Below, piece after piece: positions 9,883 to 20,240 of a stretch of 64,000 nt of DNA. The position numbers and the translations under genes were made by a program. Each line of letters opens with the position of its first letter. Positions within the stretch are counted from its first letter, which is position 1. The notes under the pieces are model-generated. The model was not told the origin of the DNA. It searched no databases and saw only the letters and a program-made list of their open reading frames with translations. Origin of the DNA: Bacillota bacterium (GTDB lineage: Bacteria; Bacillota; DTU025); NCBI GenBank assembly GCA_050951805.1, contig JBMNJT010000008.1:1-64000 (forward strand), in the 5' to 3' direction.

Positions 9883-10752
9883 TCAGTGTTCAAATTGGGC
9901 CCGTGTCAACTTTAACTGCATGGCGGAAAGGGCAAGAACCCCCAGAAGGGTCAGTGACGAGATTGCCATTGCCCGCCCTGTATCGAGATAGACGAAAGCG
10001 CTCTTATAAGATTCGTACATCAGCACATTGGTGGATCCAATTGGTCCGCCTTGGGTTAGGATGAAAACGGGAGCAAATGTGACGAAATTAGACGTGGTAT
10101 TTGCCACGAGCACGAATGACATGGTTCGCGCCAGGAGCGGGAGGGTGATCCTCCATGCTTGTTGCATGCATGAAGCGCCGTCTAAAGCAGATGCCTCATA
10201 TACTTCTGCCGGAACGGCCTCCATGCCGGCTAGGAAGAACATCATCCAGTAGCCTGCGTTCCTCCATACAGTGATAAATATCAAGCATGCCAGCGCTTGG
10301 TCGGGAGAGGACAAAAATGGCTGCGGTGCTATGCCAAGTTTACCCAGGATGCTGTTTGCCAGTCCGTAGTAGGGGTCGAGTATGAGGCCCCAGACAATTG
10401 CTACCACGGAAAGGGATATTGCTGAGGGAAGAAAGCAGAGTGTCCGGAGAAATGATGAACGTTTCCCGCCTCCACGTAGAAGGAAAGCTAGTCCCAGCGA
10501 TGCTGCGATGGTAATGGGGCTTGCGATTGCAGCATACTTGAGTGTAACTCGCACTGAAGCCCAGAATGCAGGATCTTCTCGAAACAGATATCTGTAGTTG
10601 GCGAGGCCCACAAAGGTTTTTGCCCCTGCGCTGCTCCAGCCTCGGAGGCTCTCAGCCACCGATTTTGCGGCCGGCCATAGTCTGAAAAAACAGAGGAAGA
10701 CCAGGGCAGGGGCAAGAAAACCAAATGCGGCTTTAGAATCACGATATGTCAT
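9883..10752 (-). CDS. Carbohydrate ABC permease (MalF/UgpA-like)
   Basis: EVYEASALDGAS, TQGGP motif. Confidence 0.93.
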   Translation of the reverse strand: MTYRDSKAAFGFLAPALVFLCFFRLWPAAKSVAESLRGWSSAGAKTFVGLANYRYLFREDPAFWASVRVTLKYAAIASPITIAASLGLAFLLRGGGKRSSFLRTLCFLPSAISLSVVAIVWGLILDPYYGLANSILGKLGIAPQPFLSSPDQALACLIFITVWRNAGYWMMFFLAGMEAVPAEVYEASALDGASCMQQAWRITLPLLARTMSFVLVANTTSNFVTFAPVFILTQGGPIGSTNVLMYESYKSAFVYLDTGRAMAISSLTLLGVLALSAMQLKLTRAQFEH

Positions 10753-10770
10753 GAGTCCAGGTCCGTCCGA

Positions 10771-12033
10771 TCAACGATATTTTATCAGCTCTCTGTCTAT
10801 CTGCTTGGCGACATTGTTCATCGTGGCCGCGGGGTCTGCCCCGTACTGGATTGCGCTGAAAGCCTCTTTCAAAGCGGATTCGTACTCGAGATAACCCGCG
10901 GTTACAGGTCTGGGAGACGCGGTGTTTTCCATCTCATAGATGAACACCTGCCACATAAGATCAGAGAACATCTCGTTCAAGCTGTGGTATACGTCGCGTC
11001 GGGCTGGCGCGTTGCCGAAGAGTTTCGCCCATGTAGCGACTGCATCGTGACCGGTTATGTATTTTGCAAATCTGAGGGCCGCGTCTTTCTTCGATGTTTT
11101 GGAGCTGATACCCACATGCCACCCGCCTGTTGGAGTCACTTCACGTCCTGCTGCAAAATAAGGGTGGGGGGAGAGCCCAAATTCGTAGTTCGGGAAGTGG
11201 CGCAGTTGAGCTATATTCCACTCTGCCCCGAGCATCATAGCTGCTTTGCCATTGCCGAAATACTCCCGGGCGATGGGGGCCTGAAGGATTCCTTTAGGGC
11301 TCACTTTCCAGTCATTAAAGAGCCTCCAGTAGAAGGACGCAGCCTCCACGAAGGCCGCAGAGTTGACGTAGCCAGTAGATATGGTCCCATCTGGCGAGAG
11401 CGGGCGGCCCCCCTTCGATTCTGCGAGTGGAACGATCTGGTATGGCCTGTCGCATTGTTCGATAATAAGTCCCCAGATATCAGGCTGCCCGTCGCCATCG
11501 GTGTCTATGGTCAGCCTTCGGGCGATATCAACTACTTGCTCCCAGGTAAGCCTGTGGCCTGGATCTTCAGGGGGGAGCTTCACATTATGCTCGCGGAAGA
11601 TGTCTTTGTTGAAGTATAGCCCCACTGAAGAGGTGGCGTAGGGAAGAGTGTAGAGCTTTCCCCTGTATCGGCATGCCTCGACAGATGCGGGAAACCATGC
11701 CGATAGCTCCTTGGAGCTCAAATGGCTGTCGAGCGGCATTAGGTAGCCTCGCTCTGCGTAAGATGCGGTCATTGGTCCGTCGACGATGAACACATCTGGC
11801 GGGCGGGAAGATGCAAGGCGGACTTCGAGCGTCTGAAATAGCTGGTTGAACGGGACCAGCTGAATATCAAGGCTAATGTCGGGATTGGCCCGCCTGAAAT
11901 CCTCAAGCTGCTTATCGACGAGATTCTTTGGCCATCCCATCCATACGACTTCCAAGGTAACAGCTCCAAAGGCTGGCGATGAGACGGCGACCAGCGCTGC
12001 TAGCGCGAGAATGAGCGCAATGACTCTTTTCAA
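10771..12033 (-). CDS. Carbohydrate ABC substrate-binding protein (family 1)
   Basis: Signal peptide, PPDVF, GKLYTLPY, LYFNKDIF, FGNGKAAM; AGGAGG RBS. Confidence 0.93.
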   Translation of the reverse strand: MKRVIALILALAALVAVSSPAFGAVTLEVVWMGWPKNLVDKQLEDFRRANPDISLDIQLVPFNQLFQTLEVRLASSRPPDVFIVDGPMTASYAERGYLMPLDSHLSSKELSAWFPASVEACRYRGKLYTLPYATSSVGLYFNKDIFREHNVKLPPEDPGHRLTWEQVVDIARRLTIDTDGDGQPDIWGLIIEQCDRPYQIVPLAESKGGRPLSPDGTISTGYVNSAAFVEAASFYWRLFNDWKVSPKGILQAPIAREYFGNGKAAMMLGAEWNIAQLRHFPNYEFGLSPHPYFAAGREVTPTGGWHVGISSKTSKKDAALRFAKYITGHDAVATWAKLFGNAPARRDVYHSLNEMFSDLMWQVFIYEMENTASPRPVTAGYLEYESALKEAFSAIQYGADPAATMNNVAKQIDRELIKYR

Positions 12034-12528
12034 TCATTACTCCTCCTGTCCAGCTGAGCGTGTTCATGGACAAGTGTACATGAAAGCGGAATGGACTGCA
12101 AGCGAATGGTCTGCCATCCTGTTTTTAGCGAATACGGCACAGTTTATGGCAGATCGGGCAAGCTGCACGCCTTCTCTAAAGAAATCAGACCTCGTCAATC
12201 CCTGTCTGGCCTAGAATATTCGAAAGCAACATGTTGCTGTTGACAACTGCATCCCAAAACCCTTGCGCCTAATGTATGCCACTACTTCAGGCTCTAGCTC
12301 GGTTATGCCCGGACCAGGAACCGAAGGTGCGCTGACTGCAAGGGCGACGGGTTCTGTTTTGAGTGCGGGTAGTTTTCATGGAAGACATTGATGGGCAAAT
12401 CGGCCATTCGCAAAGATTGGTCGATTTGGATATAGCGCAGAAACTAATCACGAGTTATCCAGAGACATGGTGACTCATTGCTCGGGCCTGTACTGTGCCA
12501 GCTTTCTTTCAGGTATGAATATCTGGGG

Positions 12529-12556
12529 ACGGCGCGATGCCATTTGCATGCGCCGT
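12529..12556 (-). terminator. Stem-loop downstream of the nucleobase permease
   Basis: ACGGCGC..ATGC / GCAT.GCGCCGT inverted repeat; no clear U tract. Confidence 0.4.
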
Positions 12557-12611
12557 CCGAACCATATCGAATGACATGCCTCCGGTCATATTGGGTCTAA
12601 GTTGCAGCTAT

Positions 12612-13787
12612 CTACTCGTCGGGCCTGTCTTGGGGGAGGACGAGGTTGAGAATAGCACCAGTCATTGTAGCCAGGCTCATTCCCTCGAACTCGAACGGAC
12701 CGACGGGAACGACTACTTTGGATATGCCAAATACCAGCACAGCTGCGGCGATTATCCGGTTCCTTGTAGAGTTCATGTCGGCTCCGGAGAACATGGTGGA
12801 GATTCCCACAGACGCGATCATCCCGAACAACAGAATGCTTATGCCGCCCATCACTGGCTCGGGTATGGACTGAATGATCCCTCCGAGCTTGCCGCAGAAG
12901 GCGATGATGATGGCGAAGACGGCTGCGCCTCGAAGTATCTGGGGATCGTACACCCCAGTAAGGCTCAGAGTGGCAGTGTTCTCGCTGTATGTCGTGTTCG
13001 CCGGTCCGCCAAGAGCACCGGCGAGCATGGTTGCAAGACCGTCGCCGAGAATGGTTCGCCATAGGCCGGGTTCTTTGACGAAGTCTTTGCCTACAACTGC
13101 ACCGTTAGCGTTTATGTCGCCCCAGTGTTCGATGAGGGTTACGATCGCCACAGGTGCAATGATTGCAATGGCTTCCCAGCTAAACTTCGGGAATGTGAGC
13201 TCGGGCACGCCAAACCATGCTGCATCGGCGATCGGGGCGAAGTCGACTATTCCTGCGATGAGCGAGATGACGTAGCCTGACACGACCGCAATAAGTATCG
13301 GAAGCATCTGCATGAATCCCTTGAATGCAAGGGTCGAGATGGCCGCGATTGCAAATACCGCCAGAGCGATGGGCCAATTTGAGCTGGCCATTTGGATTGC
13401 TGTAGGGGCCAGTGTCAGCCCGATCACGGTGATGACGCTTCCAGTGACTACAGGGGGGAACAGGAACTTGAAGAAATCATATCCTATCAGTTTCACGAGG
13501 ATCGCGACGAGCACGTACACGCCGCCGGCGACCACGATGCCGCCCATTGCGTAGGCCATGCCGAATTTCTCCGCTACAGTCTGGATGACTACGATGAATG
13601 CGAAGGAAGACCCGAGGAAGATGGGGATTTGGCCACCTGTGATCAGGTGAAACAGGAGAGTTCCGAGTCCCGCGGTGAGCAGGGCGGTGCTGGGGTTGAT
13701 CCCGGTCAGATACGGAACTAGGACGGTTGCTCCGAACATTGCGATAGTGTGTTGCAGTGAGAGTACTACTTTTTTGCCGGTATTCAC
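12612..13787 (-). CDS. uraA: NCS2 uracil/xanthine permease (UraA/PyrP-like)
   Basis: QHTIAMFGATVLVP, LGSSFAFI, PANTTYSEN signature. Confidence 0.92.
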   Translation of the reverse strand: MNTGKKVVLSLQHTIAMFGATVLVPYLTGINPSTALLTAGLGTLLFHLITGGQIPIFLGSSFAFIVVIQTVAEKFGMAYAMGGIVVAGGVYVLVAILVKLIGYDFFKFLFPPVVTGSVITVIGLTLAPTAIQMASSNWPIALAVFAIAAISTLAFKGFMQMLPILIAVVSGYVISLIAGIVDFAPIADAAWFGVPELTFPKFSWEAIAIIAPVAIVTLIEHWGDINANGAVVGKDFVKEPGLWRTILGDGLATMLAGALGGPANTTYSENTATLSLTGVYDPQILRGAAVFAIIIAFCGKLGGIIQSIPEPVMGGISILLFGMIASVGISTMFSGADMNSTRNRIIAAAVLVFGISKVVVPVGPFEFEGMSLATMTGAILNLVLPQDRPDE

Positions 13788-13984
13788 TTGTTTGCCTCCT
13801 CAAATCGAGTCTCTCCGGACTCGTTTATTTGGTGAGAAATATGCTTACACAACTGTAGCACAAAGGCATGCCCGCAGCAAGCGACATGATGTGGAAATCG
13901 ATAAAGTTATCGAGCTAATCGCAGATCTCCAAGAAGGTGTGTTGCTTCAGTTTCTGCTGCCCGATGGCGTCGCGCTCAAGTGCC

Positions 13985-15082
13985 TTATCCTCTCCATTTC
14001 GCCCCCTCGTCCATCATTATAAGGAAGCTGCGAACAGGCACATAATTGGCTATGGAATTGCCTGAGCCGAGAGCCCAACCTCTGGGCATGCACCTGTCTA
14101 TCGTGGTTCGCACGTAGCTTCTGAGGTCTGCTTCGTCCAAACGGCACAGTTTGTCAATGTCTATTCCCCCGAGGACCCCCACCCGGTGCCCATACTCGTC
14201 CTTGAAGTCGGCAACAGGCATGATTTCGTCTTGGAAGGAGTGTATTGCATCTATACCTACATCGTCGATGAGGTCGTCTATCACGTTCTGCAAGTTTCCG
14301 CAGGAATGGAGCCAGTATACCTGCCCGCGTTCGTGGGCCAGCTCGGCATAGCGCTTGTGCCAGGGGAAGACGAGCTTGCGCAGATGTGTGGGGGAGAGGA
14401 ATGTCGAGGTCTTAAACCCCAGGTCATCTCCTTGGAAGATGCCAGCGACATTGTCTATTGTGACTGCGTTGCGGTAGAAATCGAACAGCATCTGTCCGAC
14501 ACGAAGAAACACGGCTTCTACGAGCTCCGGATCTTCATACAGCATCATGCTCATGCCTTCGAATCCCAGCATGTATTCTGACGATATCTCGAATACACCG
14601 CTCGAGGGGCAGACTAACATCTTCATCCCTTCGGGCAAGTTTTTTGCAACGAATTCGTAGGCCGAAAAGTCCATGTCCTCCACAGTTTGCCAGGGATACT
14701 CCTCAAAGTCGGCCCAGGAGGCTATTTCACCGATTCCCTGTTCGATCCAGCCCCGTTCTCCTCTCGAAAGGGCTGCAGTGTCTTCGGCTATTCGGTGCTT
14801 GGCCCGTGGTATCTCTAGGCCGCCAGCGACACGAATGTAGTCATACCCCATCTTATACCAATACTCTATCTGCTGGCGCCAATACTCTTCAAAGTCGTCT
14901 TCTGGGGAGGGGACGGGGGTGAGCCCCATGTAGTCCGCGAGGATTGCCTCAACTATCTCGCGGTCGGCGAAGAGTTCAGCATAGTGAACTCGGTTTGCGT
15001 CCCGCTTTCCCTCAAGCACTTGTCGGAATCCTTCAAAATCGGGTTTGGGATCGGAAAAGGGCACTGCAAATTGGTGGGTCAT
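13985..15082 (-). CDS. URO-D-fold (MtaA/CmuA-like) corrinoid methyltransferase-family protein
   Basis: GFEGMSMMLYEDPELV, GDDLGFK..TFLSP, LHSCGN, GGIDID, GSGNS; lacks HemE RQAGR motif. Confidence 0.85.
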   Translation of the reverse strand: MTHQFAVPFSDPKPDFEGFRQVLEGKRDANRVHYAELFADREIVEAILADYMGLTPVPSPEDDFEEYWRQQIEYWYKMGYDYIRVAGGLEIPRAKHRIAEDTAALSRGERGWIEQGIGEIASWADFEEYPWQTVEDMDFSAYEFVAKNLPEGMKMLVCPSSGVFEISSEYMLGFEGMSMMLYEDPELVEAVFLRVGQMLFDFYRNAVTIDNVAGIFQGDDLGFKTSTFLSPTHLRKLVFPWHKRYAELAHERGQVYWLHSCGNLQNVIDDLIDDVGIDAIHSFQDEIMPVADFKDEYGHRVGVLGGIDIDKLCRLDEADLRSYVRTTIDRCMPRGWALGSGNSIANYVPVRSFLIMMDEGAKWRG

Positions 15083-15115
15083 GTTCGTATCCCTCCTCAG
15101 ACGAAATGGGCAGAT

Positions 15116-15161
15116 GGGCCCGCCCTCTGGCGTCTGTCTGGATCTGGCGCCGGGCGGGCCC
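15116..15161 (-). terminator. Intercistronic GC-rich stem-loop after binding-protein gene
   Basis: GGGCCCGCCC (15116-15125) pairs with GGGCGGGCCC (15152-15161). Confidence 0.5.
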
Positions 15162-15243
15162 CGTCAGCTCATATTGAATCATGTCTCTAGCAACCAGTTG
15201 CTTTATACTGCATCTTGCGGCGCGTGGCCGCCGACTTTTACTC

Positions 15244-16449
15244 CTACTTGAGCTCGGCTATGTTCTGCTCGATGATCTTTACTGCATCAGCAAGGGCTGC
15301 CTCTACACTCTTGTCTCCGCGCAGGGCGATCTCGATTGCGTTGTTCATCGGTACCCATACAGGATTCATTTCCGGTATGTCCGGCAGGATCGATCCGAAG
15401 TTCGCCTGCGCGCCATAGCCTGCGACTTCAGGCATCACCTTGACATCGGGCATTTCGAGAACGTCGAGTCGCGGAGGGATGCCCTCGGCGGCCTTGAAGG
15501 ACTTGTACATTGCGTCCTTCGTTGTAAGATAAGCAATGAGCTTCGCAGCCTCTGCTTTGTGCTGGCTGTAGGAGCTCACGTGCCACCACTTGAGGCTCAC
15601 AAACGGCGCCGGATACGTGCCATTGTCGAGCCTCGGAATGGGCGCCACTCCATAATCGATGCCAGCCTGCTTGATTCCGGGCAGAGCCCAGGAGCCGTCG
15701 ATGATGGCGGCTGCCTTTCCCTCACTGAACTTGGCAGGAGCAACCACGTGGTCGGTGCCGACAGGGATGAGCCCTTCGTCTCTGAGCGTCTTGAGCAGCT
15801 TGATCGCTTTCACAGATCCTGGGTTGGCAAGTCCGATATCCTTCGTGTTCCATCCTGATTTAGTGGGGGCAAAGACATACCCGCCATAGCCCGCCATTAT
15901 CGCATAAGTGAAGTAGAAGTTCTCCAGGGGCCACAAGATTCCGAACATGCCCTTCTTTTGCAAGTCGCGGGACCTGGCGATCATCTCGTCAAAGGTTTTG
16001 GGTGCTTCAGGCCAGATCTTTTTGTTGTAGATCATTGCCACACTGGAAATGTCGTACGGCACGCCGTACAGTTTGCCATCGAAGGTGGCTGCATCAACGC
16101 CTACTTTCATGAAGTTGGACAGATCGAAGACCTTGGGATCGACTGGGGCCACGGTCCCTGTGACCACTAACATGCCCAGCTGGCCAGAAAGACAGCAGAA
16201 CACATCTGGCCCTTTGCCCATCGGCCCGGCCAACTGCACTTTGTTGGCGGTTTCGAGAACGCCTACGGGTTCAACCTTCACGGGAATGCCTGTCTGTTTG
16301 CTCCACTGGGCTGCAAGAGGCTCTATGGTTCCCATTTTTTGTGGCTCACACCATACTACAAGGGGATCTGCCGCCATCGACGGGATGATGGCGAGAGATA
16401 GAATCAATGCGCCACAAACGACGGCGAGAAGCCCACGCTTAACCTTCAT
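15244..16449 (-). CDS. MalE-like sugar ABC substrate-binding protein (copy 1)
   Basis: Signal peptide, GPDVF, GKLYGVPY, FSEGKAAAIIDGSW, PDIPEMNPVW. Confidence 0.93.
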   Translation of the reverse strand: MKVKRGLLAVVCGALILSLAIIPSMAADPLVVWCEPQKMGTIEPLAAQWSKQTGIPVKVEPVGVLETANKVQLAGPMGKGPDVFCCLSGQLGMLVVTGTVAPVDPKVFDLSNFMKVGVDAATFDGKLYGVPYDISSVAMIYNKKIWPEAPKTFDEMIARSRDLQKKGMFGILWPLENFYFTYAIMAGYGGYVFAPTKSGWNTKDIGLANPGSVKAIKLLKTLRDEGLIPVGTDHVVAPAKFSEGKAAAIIDGSWALPGIKQAGIDYGVAPIPRLDNGTYPAPFVSLKWWHVSSYSQHKAEAAKLIAYLTTKDAMYKSFKAAEGIPPRLDVLEMPDVKVMPEVAGYGAQANFGSILPDIPEMNPVWVPMNNAIEIALRGDKSVEAALADAVKIIEQNIAELK

Positions 16450-16566
16450 TCTACCTTTCCTCCTTTATGGTTTTGGATCTCAAAGATATTTGAGCCAACA
16501 ATTCGCGTCCCTGCTTGGGGGAAGCAGGTCAATCTGATTCGATACACTGCGTCGGCTATGTCATGC

Positions 16567-17433
16567 CTACTTTATCGCTCCCCGGGTGAGGCCTGAGACG
16601 ATGTATTTCTCTGCCGAGAGGAACACGATGACGATCGGGACTGCCGTCAACACCGACACTGCGGAGAATATTGGCCAGTCCGTAGCGAATTGCGATACCG
16701 TTAGGCTCCTCATTCCCATTGCCAGTGTCCACTTGCTTCCTGAAGTTATCACCACCTGTGCAAGCAGATACTCAGCGTATGGTCCGAGGAAATTGATGAG
16801 TCCGACGACGTAGAGGATTGGTTTGGCCAACGGCAAGAGAATTCTGGTGAACGCCTGAAACTTCGTGGCTCCGTCGATCATCGCAGACTCCTCAATTTCC
16901 ACGGGTACTGAGTCAAAATAGCCTTTGAGCAGCCAGATGGAGAAGGGTATTGCACCCCCAGCGTAAAGGATTATCAATCCCAGATGGGTATCTATTAGCC
17001 CAGCCCAGCCCAGAAGGGTGTAGAGGGCGACAATCGCCATGAACCCAGGAAACATTTGGCATATCATGAACCCTATCAGGGTTTGGCGTCTGCCCGGAAA
17101 GCGCATGCGCGAAAAGGCATACGCGGCAGGTGTTGTCAGAACGAGCGTCAACAATGCGCTGACAACGGATATCTTGAGCGTGTTGAAAAACCAGCGGCTG
17201 AAGTTGACGTTGGGGTCGGTGAATATCTTCCTGTAGTTTGCCAATGTGGGATTAGATGGGATCAAGCTTGATCCCACAAGCCCGGCTGTGGGTTTGAATG
17301 AGCACGACAGAACCCAGAGAAGGGGGTAGAGCACTATGATGCAGGCTATGATGAGCCCTGCATATATCAGAACCGTGCCCACAGTGCGCTTTGCCTTTCT
17401 CGCGTTCTTCCCTGTAGCTGTGTTTGCGGACAT
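16567..17433 (-). CDS. Sugar ABC permease, MalG-like
   Basis: KGYFDSVPVEIEESAMIDGAT, VSGLTRGAIK end. Confidence 0.94.
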   Translation of the reverse strand: MSANTATGKNARKAKRTVGTVLIYAGLIIACIIVLYPLLWVLSCSFKPTAGLVGSSLIPSNPTLANYRKIFTDPNVNFSRWFFNTLKISVVSALLTLVLTTPAAYAFSRMRFPGRRQTLIGFMICQMFPGFMAIVALYTLLGWAGLIDTHLGLIILYAGGAIPFSIWLLKGYFDSVPVEIEESAMIDGATKFQAFTRILLPLAKPILYVVGLINFLGPYAEYLLAQVVITSGSKWTLAMGMRSLTVSQFATDWPIFSAVSVLTAVPIVIVFLSAEKYIVSGLTRGAIK

Positions 17434-17448
17434 CTGATTCGCCTCCCC

Positions 17449-18744
17449 TCATTCTTCCTCTCTGAGCTGGCGCAGCACGCCGGAGAGTCTGAAATTGATC
17501 AAGCTGAAGACAACTACGAATATGAAGACCAATACTGCGAGTGCGGACGCAATCGACCATTGGAGTTGCTGGAAACCAAGATCGTAGACCCATGTCATGA
17601 GTATGTCGGTGGCTCCTGCGCCTTTGCTTCCCGCCACTGCAGGCCCGCCGCCGGTCAAAAGGTATATGATGCCGAAGTTGTTAAAGTTGCCTGCCAGTGT
17701 GAGAACTAGTATCGGAGCAACTACCGACATGAGCAGGGGGAAGGTTATCTTGCTAAACGATTGCCAAGGTGATGCTCCGTCGACCGTGGCTGCCTCGTAA
17801 ATCTCCTCCGGGATGCTTTGGAGTGCGGCTGATATCACCGACAGGTTAAATGGAGTCGATATCCATACATGGGTCAGCACCACGCTCACCCGAGCCCATG
17901 TGCGATCTTGAAACCACGGCACGGCCTTGAGCCCGATGTTTTTCAGGATTTCGTTTATCGGGCCAAACGTCGTATTGAACAGGCCGAAGAACACCATGAT
18001 CGATACTGTGGCGGGAACTGCCCACGGAAGCATCAGTATGGTGCGAAAGGCGCCTTTGAATCGTATGTGTCGGTTCTCGAGCATGAGGGATAGGGCTAGC
18101 CCGCAGAGGAACGCGAGAACCGTGCCCAATAGCGCGTAGACTATGTTCCATACAAGGACCATGTCGAGCTGGTCTTTCCACAGAGATCCGGGCTTGAGCA
18201 GTCTGCGAAAATTCTCGAGGCCAATCCAATCGAATCTGCCTGCGGGAGGGCAATGGTACAGATTGTAATTTGTGAAAGCGAGCGCAATCCCGAACGCAAG
18301 GGGTATCACGATTACGAAGAAGGCCACCAAGAGCGAGGGCGCGATGTACAAATAGGGCGCTATCGTGCCAGCGGGGGTCCGGTATTCGGGGTGTATGCGC
18401 TGCATGTCGTCGGGGAGCGCATGGCGTTTTCTGATGGATGATGCGGTTCTCACAGCGTCTACGATATTTGCTATGTGAAACCATGCGTAGATAGCAACAA
18501 CGAATGCTGCAATGATCCCTGCCAGAAGGATGTGCCTCGAATCAACGAACCTTCCTACAGGGTTGAGAGTTACGAGCCCATAGAGAGGGTCGCGTAGTAC
18601 GGTGAAAAGGAGCACGAGAAAGACGGCCTCCACCGCCATATAGGCAATACCCTTCGTGCGCTGTCCGTTGTATGCCTGCCCAGCGCCGGCCAGCAGGGCC
18701 GAGAGGATCCCGGCCACTTGAGGATGTGGGTTAGCTGTGGCCAT
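17449..18744 (-). CDS. Sugar ABC permease, MalF-like
   Basis: PWAVP, EIYEAATVDGAS, NFNNFGIIYLLTGGGP; ATG 18744 with GGAGGG RBS. Confidence 0.93.
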   Translation of the reverse strand: MATANPHPQVAGILSALLAGAGQAYNGQRTKGIAYMAVEAVFLVLLFTVLRDPLYGLVTLNPVGRFVDSRHILLAGIIAAFVVAIYAWFHIANIVDAVRTASSIRKRHALPDDMQRIHPEYRTPAGTIAPYLYIAPSLLVAFFVIVIPLAFGIALAFTNYNLYHCPPAGRFDWIGLENFRRLLKPGSLWKDQLDMVLVWNIVYALLGTVLAFLCGLALSLMLENRHIRFKGAFRTILMLPWAVPATVSIMVFFGLFNTTFGPINEILKNIGLKAVPWFQDRTWARVSVVLTHVWISTPFNLSVISAALQSIPEEIYEAATVDGASPWQSFSKITFPLLMSVVAPILVLTLAGNFNNFGIIYLLTGGGPAVAGSKGAGATDILMTWVYDLGFQQLQWSIASALAVLVFIFVVVFSLINFRLSGVLRQLREEE

Positions 18745-18929
18745 TGAGAAGTCCCTCCGTATGCTTTGAACTTGAAATGACAGGGCAAGCTGATAAGTTG
18801 AACGGCGTTGGGGCTTGGGCAACGGTGTTTCACATGGGCTATGGTTGTAGATGCCTTTGCCTTTTGTGGACCTTGCGTGTTGTGGCTGTTCCTTTCGACG
18901 ATGATGCCCCGGTAACCTCTAATAACCGA

Positions 18930-20027
18930 TCAACATTGCTTCTGTTTCGCCCTGAATATGTCAACCGCATGTCGCGCTTCTTCTGCGTTTTCAGTTACCA
19001 CAGAAAAAACGATGCGGGTTTGTCGAGACAGATCGTAGTAGTCGACGGCCTCCTGTGGCGAGGCGTCAACTGCTATCACAGGAACATCAGGTGATTTGCC
19101 GAATAATTCAGGATTCTTATCCATCAGGTCAGCGAGGATTTCCACCGGGCGTCGGGTGTTTGGATCGGCGACGATCTGGATCTGCCGCACTCTCTTGAGC
19201 TTCAGAAACTCGGGGACTACATGTGGCCCGGCTGAATGGCAATGTACCTCGCCTATGCCAAAGGAGTCAAAGAGCCTCTGCGTGTAAGGCGCCCCATATT
19301 GTGCGTAATGGCTTGGAGAGATGAGGCTCGAAATATCTTCGGAAACTGCAACCCTATTGGGTCCGCAATGCCATGCCGAAAGCTCATGGATCACGTCCGG
19401 CGCAAAGATCTCGGCTGCTTGAGCCCTTGCAAACCATTCTGTTGCTGATAGAGCAAATTCCATCAAGTTGTGGACGAACTGGGGGTCTTCGTAGAAATCC
19501 ATGTAGATGGCTTCGCCCCTGAGGGCCCAGGCAAGGTCGAGGGGGGAATAGTAGCCGCGGCCAAGCGGAATTCGGTAAGGCGCTATCTTGCGAACCATGT
19601 AACGGGTAGCCTCGTTAAGCTTTCTGAACCACTTATTGTTAGGATCAAGGCAAAGCGTTTCAAGATCAGACTTTTCGTTGATAACAGGAGCAGCCCAGCT
19701 CGTATCCTCGCCAAACTCTATCTCGCCGGCTACGAAGGCGCTGAACTCCCCGATGCCCATGTAGGGGACGACCGACAATATCCAGTCGTCTTCGATCCCG
19801 AGGCGGATCTCCATTAGCTGTGCCTGATACTCGAGATAATCGTCGAGATATGATTGCATGTCGTGCTCGAAGTCGTACTGGTTTAGGGCAGGTCCGCGAA
19901 GGGTCAGCACTGAGGGGAAGGTGTATATCAGCGCCTGGGGTGCTCCAGGCTCCAGGCTGAAAAAATCGCGAACCCGGTTTATGCAGTCATGGAGGTCGGG
20001 TTTGTAGTACGAGATGTCGTGAAACAT
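18930..20027 (-). CDS. Divergent URO-D-fold corrinoid methyltransferase-like protein
   Basis: SPLDLAWALRGEAIYMDFYEDPQFV, SED.SSLISP..Y, HCH motif. Confidence 0.75.
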   Translation of the reverse strand: MFHDISYYKPDLHDCINRVRDFFSLEPGAPQALIYTFPSVLTLRGPALNQYDFEHDMQSYLDDYLEYQAQLMEIRLGIEDDWILSVVPYMGIGEFSAFVAGEIEFGEDTSWAAPVINEKSDLETLCLDPNNKWFRKLNEATRYMVRKIAPYRIPLGRGYYSPLDLAWALRGEAIYMDFYEDPQFVHNLMEFALSATEWFARAQAAEIFAPDVIHELSAWHCGPNRVAVSEDISSLISPSHYAQYGAPYTQRLFDSFGIGEVHCHSAGPHVVPEFLKLKRVRQIQIVADPNTRRPVEILADLMDKNPELFGKSPDVPVIAVDASPQEAVDYYDLSRQTRIVFSVVTENAEEARHAVDIFRAKQKQC

Positions 20028-20092
20028 GTGAACACCCCGCTTGTAATGGCTTAAGATCGTGCTCAGGAAGACATGTCTCCTTATCGGTTACT

Positions 20093-20147
20093 TAGTAGTC
20101 ATGACACCAACTACTATAATAATATTCGTATACATCCCCGATGTCAA
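20093..20147 (-). promoter_or_regulatory. Sigma70-type promoter with palindromic operator (putative TrmB site 1)
   Basis: Minus strand TTGACA (20147-20142)-N17-TATTAT (20124-20119); TAGTAGT-N10-ACTACTA at 20093-20116. Confidence 0.8.
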
Positions 20148-20240
20148 TATCGCCAATTAGGAGGCAGCGTCTGTAACCTGAGCATGTATGTGGAATCATG
20201 AGCCGAAATGGAAGAATATCCATGAAAATCTGTATTGGCC

